Part shown: piece after piece, positions 49,589 through 57,599 of the stretch
Position numbering within the stretch: position 1 is the stretch's first letter
How the letters are laid out: every line of letters begins with the position of its first letter
IMG/VR virus record: IMGVR_UViG_3300027770_000026
Span: 1-64,000 of that record
DNA length: 64,000 nt
Reading direction: 5' to 3' (one strand)
The notes under the pieces: model-generated
Database searches by the model: none
Told to the model about the DNA's origin: nothing
The model's input: only the letters and a program-made list of their open reading frames with translations
Program-made: the position numbers and the translations under genes

Positions 49589-49616
49589 ATTATACAGCAA
49601 TAGTGTATGCTGTCTA
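49589..49616 (-). promoter_or_regulatory. Sigma70-type promoter for Lys/UAU/Pro/Trp tRNAs
   Basis: TAGACA-N16-TATAAT. Confidence 0.7.
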
Positions 49617-49639
49617 TAGCTAATTCAATAAATATATCT

Positions 49640-50059
49640 ATGAGATTATACGAAATATCTGATTCCGCACAATTGCCAACGTTGGCGATGTTAAAGCAAC
49701 TGCGTCCAGAAATGGTCCAAGTTGCCCAACATGCGTACGATGCATGGGATGAGGAAGAACGAGACACTTACGCCGGCGGCGGGATCTGTCATATCATTGC
49801 AGATGCCATACTTGATGTTCTATATCAGCACAATATCACTGCTACTACTCAAAGCAGCAGCCACGAACAACATGTTTATGTTGTAGCGCAAGTTGAAGAG
49901 GGTGTGTACATGGTAGACATACATCACAGTATCTACGAGCGTGGTGGGGGCTTTAGCTGGACCAAAGTACCCGATGTAGTGTTTGAACCAGATGATATTA
50001 CCTTCTACCGTATATCAGGCGATCCTGACGAGTTTGATCAAATAACAGCAGAATATTAA
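49640..50059 (+). CDS. Hypothetical protein (MRLYEI N-terminus)
   Basis: ATG 5 nt after TAAATA; GGGICH...HV. Confidence 0.7.
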   Translation: MRLYEISDSAQLPTLAMLKQLRPEMVQVAQHAYDAWDEEERDTYAGGGICHIIADAILDVLYQHNITATTQSSSHEQHVYVVAQVEEGVYMVDIHHSIYERGGGFSWTKVPDVVFEPDDITFYRISGDPDEFDQITAEY

Positions 50060-50061
50060 TT

Positions 50062-50137
50062 TGGTGGGACAACATGGGTTCGAACCATGGACCTAAGCGT
50101 TATCAACACTTTGCTCTACCGGCTGAGCTATTGTCCC
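50062..50137 (-). tRNA. trnI: tRNA-Ile(GAU)
   Basis: TT-GAT-AA loop, CCA. Confidence 0.95.
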
Positions 50138-50143
50138 AATAGT

Positions 50144-50389
50144 TTACCAGGGCTTGCCTGATACTGTAACGACCTGACGCGCCTGATTTGTTGTAAGATG
50201 ATGTGTTACTTCGCCAGTGCGATCTATAAATCCTATATATCCTTGTCCTGGATGTGGATTTGCATAAAATGCAGTCATATCATCATAGTTGTCTGAATTT
50301 ACTGCTTCTATGGGCTTGTGATCTGCATTGAGTAGAAACCAACCACCGGGCTTTTTTGTTTTCTTAGGTGTTAATTGTTTTAGTCGCAT
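50144..50389 (-). CDS. Hypothetical protein (MRLKQL N-terminus)
   Basis: ATG 4 nt after TAAATA. Confidence 0.65.
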   Translation of the reverse strand: MRLKQLTPKKTKKPGGWFLLNADHKPIEAVNSDNYDDMTAFYANPHPGQGYIGFIDRTGEVTHHLTTNQARQVVTVSGKPW

Positions 50390-50401
50390 GTGGTATTTAT
50401 G

Positions 50402-51118
50402 CTAGTCTAGAACTGTGCATCCAGGTACAATTGAATATCCATTTACATCTCTAAATCGTCTAAATACAGCTTCATATATCGCACCTTCCCGCCATAACAA
50501 GTTGCCGTTAGTAAAGCTACTACTAGTAGTGTTCATTGGTGTATAAAAAAAGGTATTTTTAATTATAAAGTTCTGCCTAAACCTTGTTTGCATAACGTCA
50601 TTGAGCCAATTGTCCCCATAACATATGTCTAATCCACCTGGAATATCTATCCAATCAGATTTATGGATAAACATCAACGATCCGCCATTGCCTCCGGTGA
50701 CTCCTTCATGCCAGGGAACAAGATCAATTTCTCCTGTTACTGGCAAACCACAAGATGCATCATAGGATATGTTATAAAATTGATTTGGTTTGAACACCTT
50801 ATGAATCTTATGGAATAGTTTTATATCAACTATGATGTCATCGTTGAGAATACAGATTCTGTTATATCGGCTTACGGCTACGCCAAAATTATATGCAGGA
50901 TTTACATATATGTTTTTACCAAGATCGTATAATTTAACCTTAGGGTGCGTTAATACTTCATGATTTGGCGTAGCTGCAGTATCATTGTCGATGATAATAA
51001 CTTCGCCAATTATGTCTAACTGCACAACAACAGAAAGAAAATCTAAGAATGGAGCAAATCTCCACATGGTGGGCGTCACTACTGAGAATTTAGATTCCTC
51101 TGAAATTGTTAATTCCAC
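50402..51118 (-). CDS. GT2-like glycosyltransferase (paralogue of 9454-10125)
   Basis: VVTPTMW, NIYVNPAYN, ILNDDI, GDNW. Confidence 0.8.
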   Translation of the reverse strand: MELTISEESKFSVVTPTMWRFAPFLDFLSVVVQLDIIGEVIIIDNDTAATPNHEVLTHPKVKLYDLGKNIYVNPAYNFGVAVSRYNRICILNDDIIVDIKLFHKIHKVFKPNQFYNISYDASCGLPVTGEIDLVPWHEGVTGGNGGSLMFIHKSDWIDIPGGLDICYGDNWLNDVMQTRFRQNFIIKNTFFYTPMNTTSSSFTNGNLLWREGAIYEAVFRRFRDVNGYSIVPGCTVLD

Positions 51119-52404
51119 AGCTCGAGCACCTGTTCGTAATACACAAACACATCTTCACTGTAATGCGGAGGACACCCTACAAAGAATACATTCGACAATG
51201 CCTTGTTTGCATTTGGATAGTCTGCTGCTATGCCCAGATGTTGATATCCAGGATGCAATAGTATATTGCCCGCAAAGTAGTTGCGAGTCTGAATTCGATT
51301 ACTTTCAAAGAAAGCCTGCAGTTTTTCTTTATTTGCAGCACTATCTACAATAATAGGTACACCGAACCAGCTGGGATCTGCAGCATCTAGTTTATCTGCT
51401 ATACGAGCTTGTGGAATATGTTTTTCAATTAGCGACTTAATCTTAGCAAAATTAACACGACGCTTACTATCGATTTCGTCAACCTTCTTGAGTTGCTCTA
51501 CTCCAATAGCACCTTGCATATCTAGCGGCTTGAGATTATATCCCATATTGGTAAAGAGATATTTGTGGTCAATCACACCATCATATCCATCCAACCACTT
51601 ATCAAATCTGTTACCACATGTACCACATGCTAATAGATTAGCTGCACCAACACAACGGCAATCTCGCCCCCACCAACTGATACTACGAACAAGATTAATT
51701 AGTTCGATATCGTCAGACGATACCATTCCACCTTCACCGGTAGAAATATGGTGGGCAGGGTAAAATGATGTGGACCAAGCATAATAGTAATCAGTTAACA
51801 GCTTGTTGTTCCACTTTGAACCCAAGCTATCACAATTGTCACCGACCAGTATTAGATTGTGTCGTTGACAGATATCTGCCAGCACATCCATATTGGGCGG
51901 ATTACCCAATACTGGGGACACAAAGATTGCCACCGTATTAGTGTTAATAGCTGATTCGATCTGAGTTACATCAAAATTAAGCGTGTTCATTTCAATATCA
52001 ATGAACACGGGCTTGAGATTATTTTGTACCAGAGGTGCAATGGTGGTGGGAAAGCCCACAGGGGACACAATTACTTCTGCACCGTCGCGCCATGATAGGT
52101 GCTTCTTTAGTGCAGCAATCATGGTAAGGTTAGCCGATGAACCTGAGTTCACCATGTGACTATACTTTACATTGAACTTTTTACCAAATGCCCACTGAAA
52201 CTTAGCAACATTCTCTCCGGATACCAGCCACTTGCCAGTAAGGAATGCACGTACTCCTGCTTCGATCTCATTATGGTCCCAGTATGGGCCAGAATAAAAA
52301 ACTGTGTCCTTAGAGGGATCTAGTTCCTTAGGAGTGTATGCATACTTGGGAGCGCCATTGGCTTTGACTAAAGCCGCAATCATTTGATCAATTTCAGTAG
52401 ACAT
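51109..52404 (-). CDS. rfbH: PLP-dependent DegT/RfbH-type CDP-4-keto-6-deoxyglucose 3-dehydrase-like enzyme
   Basis: NSGSSANL, GFPTT, DNCDSLG, SFYPAHHISTGEGG, GYNLK. Confidence 0.88.
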   Translation of the reverse strand: MSTEIDQMIAALVKANGAPKYAYTPKELDPSKDTVFYSGPYWDHNEIEAGVRAFLTGKWLVSGENVAKFQWAFGKKFNVKYSHMVNSGSSANLTMIAALKKHLSWRDGAEVIVSPVGFPTTIAPLVQNNLKPVFIDIEMNTLNFDVTQIESAINTNTVAIFVSPVLGNPPNMDVLADICQRHNLILVGDNCDSLGSKWNNKLLTDYYYAWSTSFYPAHHISTGEGGMVSSDDIELINLVRSISWWGRDCRCVGAANLLACGTCGNRFDKWLDGYDGVIDHKYLFTNMGYNLKPLDMQGAIGVEQLKKVDEIDSKRRVNFAKIKSLIEKHIPQARIADKLDAADPSWFGVPIIVDSAANKEKLQAFFESNRIQTRNYFAGNILLHPGYQHLGIAADYPNANKALSNVFFVGCPPHYSEDVFVYYEQVLELWN

Positions 52405-52471
52405 TTAATCCTCTAGATATTGTATAGTGTGCATATATGTATATGTTAGGTATACATAATGTTATTTTATT

Positions 52472-52555
52472 TGGTGGGTAGTGATGGATTCGAACCACCG
52501 TTGCCGAAGCGGCAGATTTACAGTCTGCTGGTATAAACCGCTCACCCAACTACCC
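52472..52555 (-). tRNA. trnY: tRNA-Tyr(GUA)
   Basis: CT-GTA-AA loop, long V-arm, CCA. Confidence 0.95.
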
Positions 52556-52565
52556 TAAATTAGAA

Positions 52566-52750
52566 GCTTCCCCTTGCTGGCTTACATCTTACGCTAGGTT
52601 TTCCTAGTAGTCATAATAGACGACATCAGCAGCAGCTCAACACAAGGGGATTAACGCATTGCCAGCGCCAGTTAGGTTGAACTGGAACCACCCGTACCTA
52701 TCACGGCACTTCTCGTCGTGCGGGTCACACTATCCGTTGATTAGACGGAA
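52566..52750 (-). ncRNA. Candidate structured ncRNA between tRNA-fMet and tRNA-Tyr
   Basis: Five or more stems in about 185 nt, no credible ORF. Confidence 0.5.
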
Positions 52751-52756
52751 CGTTCT

Positions 52757-52830
52757 TGGTAGCGCAGCTTGGAGTTGAACCAAGTTCTCCGGGTTATGAG
52801 CCCAGTGTAGTGCCGTTCTACTACCGCGCA
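52757..52830 (-). tRNA. trnfM: Initiator tRNA-fMet(CAU)
   Basis: 1:72 mismatch, three G-C pairs at base of anticodon stem, CT-CAT-AA. Confidence 0.88.
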
Positions 52831-52839
52831 ACAGTTGAT

Positions 52840-52914
52840 TGGTGGACCGTGGGAGAATTGAACTCCCTTCTCTGCGATGCAAACGCAGCATAATACCCAG
52901 TATACTAACAGCCC
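52840..52914 (-). tRNA. trnA: tRNA-Ala(UGC)
   Basis: TT-TGC-AT loop, G3:U70, CCA. Confidence 0.93.
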
Positions 52915-52958
52915 CATAATACTATTTACTTGCGATATAACAATTGCAAAAATTAATT

Positions 52959-53042
52959 TGGTGCGCAAGGAGAGATTCGAACTCTCAAGCCTTTCGGCAA
53001 CGGCTTCTAAGACCGTCATGTATACCGTTCCATCACTCGCGC
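52959..53042 (-). tRNA. trnL: tRNA-Leu(UAG)
   Basis: CT-TAG-AA loop, long V-arm, CCA. Confidence 0.95.
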
Positions 53043-53048
53043 ATTAGT

Positions 53049-53124
53049 TGGGGTGACTGATGGGACTCGAACCCACAGCGACCGGAATCACAATCCGGGG
53101 ATCTACCATTGATCTACAGTCACC
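53049..53124 (-). tRNA. trnH: tRNA-His(GUG)
   Basis: TT-GTG-AT loop, G-1:C73, CCA. Confidence 0.95.
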
Positions 53125-53130
53125 ACTGAG

Positions 53131-53208
53131 TGGCGGTCTCAACGGGATTTGAACCCGCGTCTACTACGTGACAGGCAGTTATTCTTAACCAGACTGAACT
53201 ATGAGACC
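53131..53208 (-). tRNA. trnD: tRNA-Asp(GUC)
   Basis: CT-GTC-AC loop, G73, CCA. Confidence 0.93.
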
Positions 53209-53222
53209 AATAAATAAAACTA

Positions 53223-53528
53223 ATGTCTATTCAATATTATATTATGGTTGACCCAGATAAACCTAATAAATGTAAATTAGGTATTACTAAGGATCCACAC
53301 AATCGTATAAGATCATATCGAACAGCAAATCCAAATTGCTATTTTCTAGTAGTATACACTATACCTGATAAAATACACGAGAAAAAAATACTAGATCTTC
53401 TTAAAGATAGATTTCGTGTACAAAGCGAATATGTACATTGCCATCCTAATCTAGTAAAAAATATTGTTGAATGTTATCTAAACGATAACAATATCAAATT
53501 AGATGACGAAATTTACGGGCTGTATTGA
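53223..53528 (+). CDS. GIY-YIG/T5orf172-like nuclease
   Basis: YYIM...CKLGITKDPHNRIRSYRT...E...SEY. Confidence 0.7.
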   Translation: MSIQYYIMVDPDKPNKCKLGITKDPHNRIRSYRTANPNCYFLVVYTIPDKIHEKKILDLLKDRFRVQSEYVHCHPNLVKNIVECYLNDNNIKLDDEIYGLY

Positions 53529-53591
53529 TTAACCCGAGAGCTCGTCACACTCTCGATGGGCCGTAGAGCGAATCTACACTGCGCCAATATT

Positions 53592-53666
53592 TGGCTGGAG
53601 TGGCAAGGGTCGAACTTGCGACCAGACGATTAACAGTCGTCGGCTCTGCCTCTGAGCTACACTCCA
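53592..53666 (-). tRNA. trnN: tRNA-Asn(GUU)
   Basis: CT-GTT-AA loop, G73, CCA. Confidence 0.95.
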
Positions 53667-53674
53667 AAAATTAA

Positions 53675-54061
53675 TTAACGGGCGTCTTCTGCGTCCATTA
53701 CGTCGCAAGTAAGAGGCCATGGGCCGCGATGCGGTACCATCGGCTTCAACATATCATAGTCTGTATTGCCAGCAGCATGTTCTTCAATTCTGCTGGCAAC
53801 AGTTTCTGCAAGGTCACGACTGGCGTAACTGGCTACTGCGGAGTATCCACCTCTGTGTGCCTGCATCATGCGTTTGGTAGCAGCAAACTTACTAAGTCCT
53901 GCGCCATGCATGATAGCCTCAATCACCACTTGGAATGGTGTTACGTTATCGTTAAGTACAACCACTGTAGCACCACCAGGAACATACAGAGGAGCATCCT
54001 GCTTGTCTGTGCTAGGTGGACGGTCTAGTACTGTTTCTTCGGCAATTTCGTTTAATCTCAT
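53675..54061 (-). CDS. clpS: ClpS N-degron adaptor
   Basis: VVVLNDNVTPFQVVIEAI...MMQAHRGG. Confidence 0.85.
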   Translation of the reverse strand: MRLNEIAEETVLDRPPSTDKQDAPLYVPGGATVVVLNDNVTPFQVVIEAIMHGAGLSKFAATKRMMQAHRGGYSAVASYASRDLAETVASRIEEHAAGNTDYDMLKPMVPHRGPWPLTCDVMDAEDAR

Positions 54062-54065
54062 TATA

Positions 54066-54431
54066 CTATTTTACCGGTGTTGATTGAGGTTTACGGTTGA
54101 ATATTACTTTATTAAGTTCAGTATCCATAATGGTATATTCTACTGTGGTACGCTTTCTAGTGCGTACACTATTTGTATGTATAGCTTCTAGTATTACAGC
54201 AAATGCCTGCGGGCCTGTCAAGTTAGAATCGCTGATAGGCTTGCCATCTGCCAATACTTGGTGAACCTTTCTAGATCTAGCTTTGTAGTGCTTGTACTTG
54301 TCAATTATTAGTTTAACAACACCTGCGCCAAATGCTGCAGTTAATACTGCAGTGGCATCAATATTAGGCATTAGCTCTGAAAGCCAGTTTTCGTTGATCT
54401 GTTTGGATTCAGTTAGTTCATGTATTCTCAT
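54066..54431 (-). CDS. Hypothetical protein (MRIHEL N-terminus, one TM-like segment)
   Basis: ATG 5 nt after TAAATA. Confidence 0.65.
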   Translation of the reverse strand: MRIHELTESKQINENWLSELMPNIDATAVLTAAFGAGVVKLIIDKYKHYKARSRKVHQVLADGKPISDSNLTGPQAFAVILEAIHTNSVRTRKRTTVEYTIMDTELNKVIFNRKPQSTPVK

Positions 54432-54469
54432 GCAGTTATTTATACACGAGAATGAAATATATTCCCAAC

Positions 54470-54737
54470 TTTTCGCTGCGGGACCGCAGCTGAGCCACGT
54501 GGGCTACCTACTCGTTACACGGTAGGTGGTGTGGGGCGACCATAAGAATTCTTTTTTACCAAGGGGCACACCGTGCTGTTGTTTAAGAGTAAAAGCTGTA
54601 TAACCCCAGCCACTCCCCCATAATACTAATGCTGACGGATTTTACCAGCCACGTTTTCACCATGGCCTTCATCCTCGCCGCCGCCCATTTGAACTTTGTT
54701 TAAGGTGGCGTTCGCAGTCGCGTTCCGCATTACCACC
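54470..54737 (-). ncRNA. Candidate structured RNA immediately downstream of the attenuator
   Basis: GC-rich non-coding stretch with several hairpins. Confidence 0.4.
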
Positions 54738-54740
54738 AAT

Positions 54741-54774
54741 AAAAAACCCTGGGATCTTTCGATGCCAGGGTCTA
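54741..54774 (-). terminator. Attenuator terminator (GAAA tetraloop)
   Basis: ACCCUGG-C-AUC-GAAA-GAU-C-CCAGGGU + U tract. Confidence 0.85.
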
Positions 54775-54810
54775 TGTTAACACAGCAGTTGCTGCATTTC
54801 TAGACCCTAG
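54765..54810 (-). promoter_or_regulatory. Anti-terminator hairpin overlapping the leader stop codon
   Basis: CUAGGGUCUA (54810-54801) pairs with UAGACCCUGG (54774-54765), the terminator 5' arm. Confidence 0.75.
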
Positions 54811-54904
54811 TACGATAATCTCTTGGATTTTTCGACCAATAGCCACAGCGATTGGCTTCACGTATTTGTGCTTTACTAATACTGATTCCTCTCGTTGCTG
54901 CCAT
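54800..54904 (-). CDS. Putative 34-aa attenuator leader peptide
   Basis: MAATRGISISKAQIREANRCGYWSKNPRDYRTRV*; below ORF-track cutoff. Confidence 0.65.
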   Translation of the reverse strand: MAATRGISISKAQIREANRCGYWSKNPRDYRTRV

Positions 54905-54911
54905 GTTGTGT

Positions 54912-54940
54912 ATATTAAATCCTTTGTGTACGTCTGTCAA
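54912..54940 (-). promoter_or_regulatory. Sigma70 promoter initiating at or next to the leader ATG
   Basis: TTGACA-N17-TAATAT then 7 nt to ATG. Confidence 0.8.
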
Positions 54941-54986
54941 CTACAGTGTTGACTTTGTATTTAGTCCTATTTCTTAATATGTGTGT

Positions 54987-55014
54987 ATTATACACGATAT
55001 TTTGAATACGTCAA
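54987..55014 (-). promoter_or_regulatory. Upstream tandem sigma70 promoter
   Basis: TTGACG-N16-TATAAT. Confidence 0.75.
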
Positions 55015-55025
55015 ATTTTATTTGT

Positions 55026-55046
55026 CTAATAGAATCAATGACTTAG
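55026..55046. repeat. Promoter-associated repeat, half-site copy C
   Basis: Minus: CTAAGTCATTGATTCTATTAG. Confidence 0.75.
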
Positions 55047-55234
55047 TTGTTGGGAGTAATTGGGCTAACTGGTTCCGCAGTTTTCTCTGGATATACTGAA
55101 CGAATGGTCTTGAGCGGTGCTGGTGCACGGTTCAATATTTCCGGAGCTTCGGGCATGACAATCTCAGAAGTTAACTGAGTTGTGGTTCCGCATCCTGCAA
55201 GTAACAGTGTGGCTAATATGATTGTGTATTTCAT
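55043..55234 (-). CDS. o-spanin-like lipoprotein (Rz1-like)
   Basis: Lipobox LLAG-C, Pro-rich mature part, follows Rz-like gene. Confidence 0.75.
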   Translation of the reverse strand: MKYTIILATLLLAGCGTTTQLTSEIVMPEAPEILNRAPAPLKTIRSVYPEKTAEPVSPITPNN

Positions 55235-55243
55235 CTTGATCTC

Positions 55244-55789
55244 CTACTTGGCCTTAGGACGGTCTGATACCGACTTGTTAGACTTTTCTACAGCTTCCTT
55301 GACCTTTGCAAAGTAATCCTGCCAGGCTTTGATCTGTGCATCCTTCTCACGGCAAGTACTGTAGTTGTCTGTTACTACATTTAGTGCATCGGTATCTTTT
55401 ACGCCACTGATGTCAGGATTGGCACTTGCGGTAGTATCTGGAACTGCTCCAGTTACTGCCTGATCGTGTACATATACCCAGCCTTTGCTAACCTCGCATA
55501 TGCTAGGTACATCACGAATGCGGTCACGATATACTACCTGCATTTCCTTGATCTTTTGCACACGGTCAACGTACTCGGTTACTACTTTTTCCTTAATGGT
55601 GTTCTTTTCCTTATCAAATGCAAGCTGTAGATTTTGCTTTTCGATAACGTAGTTGTTGATTACTGTTTCGTATTCAGCTTTGGTTACTTTGCTGCCAGTA
55701 CGGTATCCGTAAAAGTATGTGCCGCCGATGACTAAAGCACCAACGATAATACCACCAATGATCAGATATGGGGAAGGAATGCCTAACAT
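55244..55789 (-). CDS. i-spanin-like protein (Rz-like)
   Basis: N-terminal TM, coiled coil, Cys residues (SICEV, YSTCR). Confidence 0.7.
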   Translation of the reverse strand: MLGIPSPYLIIGGIIVGALVIGGTYFYGYRTGSKVTKAEYETVINNYVIEKQNLQLAFDKEKNTIKEKVVTEYVDRVQKIKEMQVVYRDRIRDVPSICEVSKGWVYVHDQAVTGAVPDTTASANPDISGVKDTDALNVVTDNYSTCREKDAQIKAWQDYFAKVKEAVEKSNKSVSDRPKAK

Positions 55790-55840
55790 ATTGCGTCCTC
55801 TGTTACGTTGTATTTACGCAGAGAACGCGGTTTTGTTAAA

Positions 55841-56068
55841 CTATTTGGGTGCCTTTGGGGCAAACTTTTCCAATCCAGTTGCACCTAATCCCGCAATGAC
55901 CACGTACATCACACTGCTGTACATGAACTCATCTATCTTGTATCCCCAGAACAGGTTAGCAACAAACGCCAAGGTCATGAGGAACACGCAGACAAATGTG
56001 ATCACTCGCTTGCTGGAAATAGAACCATCATGCCCATCTGCGAGCATGCTTCGTAAACTTGATAGCAT
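55841..56068 (-). CDS. Putative holin
   Basis: 2 TM helices, SSKRV...EKFA, upstream of spanins. Confidence 0.6.
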   Translation of the reverse strand: MLSSLRSMLADGHDGSISSKRVITFVCVFLMTLAFVANLFWGYKIDEFMYSSVMYVVIAGLGATGLEKFAPKAPK

Positions 56069-56109
56069 AAAAAACCCCCCTACTGGAATATTTATTCCAA
56101 AATTGGGGG

Positions 56110-56715
56110 TTAAGGGGCGCGGCTATTGTGGAATCCGCGTATGGGTCTTGCGCCCAGTATACGGTCAATCTGCTCCCACGACCACAGGCTCATGGCACCG
56201 TTGTCGGGTGCAATGCCCAGCGGACGACTATCTACGCCCACGTCCATGATACGGGCATCGACCACTTCGGGATGGTGGTCCATGTTGCCATGTACATGCC
56301 CAAACAGTGCATAACTGCCCCGATTCATACCCAGCCATTCCAGCATGGGATAGTGGAACAGGGTAACCAAACGATTACCAATCGTCAGATCCATGTAGTC
56401 GTTGATGCTGGCAAACTGCTTCTGCAGCAGATGATCACTGCGGATTACCTTGTCGTGATTGCCATAGATCAGGTGCTTGCGTCCGGGCAGCTGCCCCATG
56501 ATGTCACGGGCCCGCTTGCTGTCGCAGAAGAAGATGTCGCCCAGCATATAGACATCATCAGTATCCGCAACATCTCGCTGCCAATTTGCAATCAGTATAC
56601 TGTCCATCTCGTCGGTCGTAGTACCATGACGAGTGTTGGGACAGAAACTAAGAATGTTCCTGTGCCCAAAGTGACAGTCGCTAGTGAACCAAATCTTTGA
56701 CATTATGCAATGCAA
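56110..56715 (-). CDS. Calcineurin-like metallophosphoesterase
   Basis: SDCHFGH, LGD, GNHD, FHYP, GHVH, DVGVD. Confidence 0.88.
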   Translation of the reverse strand: MHCIMSKIWFTSDCHFGHRNILSFCPNTRHGTTTDEMDSILIANWQRDVADTDDVYMLGDIFFCDSKRARDIMGQLPGRKHLIYGNHDKVIRSDHLLQKQFASINDYMDLTIGNRLVTLFHYPMLEWLGMNRGSYALFGHVHGNMDHHPEVVDARIMDVGVDSRPLGIAPDNGAMSLWSWEQIDRILGARPIRGFHNSRAP

Positions 56716-56846
56716 GCTTGAATAGTAAGAATGACCATGGTAAGAATGCTAATCCAGACAACGAAATTGATCCAGCGATCGCGGTCGTCTGTTCGCTTGT
56801 CGCTGGCGCGTTGCCGATCCTTCCAGGCGTAATCTTCATCACTCAT
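56703..56846 (-). CDS. Small membrane protein (47 aa)
   Basis: Manual: MSDEDYAW...WINFVVWISILTMVILTIQACIA*. Confidence 0.5.
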   Translation of the reverse strand: MSDEDYAWKDRQRASDKRTDDRDRWINFVVWISILTMVILTIQACIA

Positions 56847-56949
56847 TGCTTGTCCTCCACGTATTTAAGAAACATTGCCATCATAAAGCACATCAGTGCC
56901 GTGACCCATTGTCCCATAGCAAGGAACAATAAGGATAGTACTGCAAACA

Positions 56950-57156
56950 TCAATAAGGTCGCAGTTCGTGATAGTCTTCGCTATCATTGATCATGACGCT
57001 GAAACTGTTATCCTGTTCCTGTAGCCACAGATCGTAGTTCTTGTCATCCTGCTCAGCAGCACTGACGTAGGCTGTATTCAGTTCCGCAATGTCCCGCATG
57101 AACTGTACCATGTCATCATCGGTCATGTCCTCGTAGTAGCGTTTCATATGTCCCAT
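56950..57156 (-). CDS. Hypothetical acidic protein
   Basis: 68-aa ORF. Confidence 0.6.
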   Translation of the reverse strand: MGHMKRYYEDMTDDDMVQFMRDIAELNTAYVSAAEQDDKNYDLWLQEQDNSFSVMINDSEDYHELRPY

Positions 57157-57159
57157 CCC

Positions 57160-57516
57160 TTAGTCCATCCGGCTAGTGGAGTACGCATCTAGGCCGTAGC
57201 GGCGAAGTGTCCGGGCAAACTCTTCAGCATAGGCTTCCTTGAGCTCCATGCTCTGCCCACCACGGTGTACGCTGTACTGCAGGCAACGCTCGTAGCTGTT
57301 CTTGTAGAAGCCGTGCTTGATCAGCTCCTTACCCAACTTGCTGTTGCTGCGAACGCCTGGTACGTTCACCGTAGCAAAGCCGCAGACACCGCTGGGCACC
57401 ACATAGCGGGTAGCACCATCCTGCACCACCATGGGTTTGGGGATGGTCTGCTGCATGCCCTGTTCGCCCGCACACTGCGCTTCGCTGATAATAAAAGGAA
57501 CGTCGTCGTGATTCAT
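57160..57516 (-). CDS. Hypothetical phage protein
   Basis: ATG 57516 after GGAG; GVCGFA...QSMELKEAYA. Confidence 0.7.
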   Translation of the reverse strand: MNHDDVPFIISEAQCAGEQGMQQTIPKPMVVQDGATRYVVPSGVCGFATVNVPGVRSNSKLGKELIKHGFYKNSYERCLQYSVHRGGQSMELKEAYAEEFARTLRRYGLDAYSTSRMD

Positions 57517-57551
57517 TTTGAACTCCAACTGTTATTTAACCCTATGAACGT

Positions 57552-57580
57552 ATATTACAGCCGTTCGGGTAGGGTTACAA
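57552..57580 (-). promoter_or_regulatory. Sigma70-type early promoter
   Basis: TTGTAA-N17-TAATAT. Confidence 0.7.
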
Positions 57581-57599
57581 CCAGAATTTTCGCCAGATT

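Noticed and set aside
53531-53591. HDV-like theta ribozyme at tRNA 3' ends
   Set aside because: No P1/P2 nested double-pseudoknot complement found by eye here or after tRNA-fMet; a descriptor search would be needed to exclude it fully
54741-54940. T-box riboswitch explanation for the leader
   Set aside because: No UGGNACC T-box bulge or specifier stem seen; the geometry fits ribosome-mediated attenuation instead
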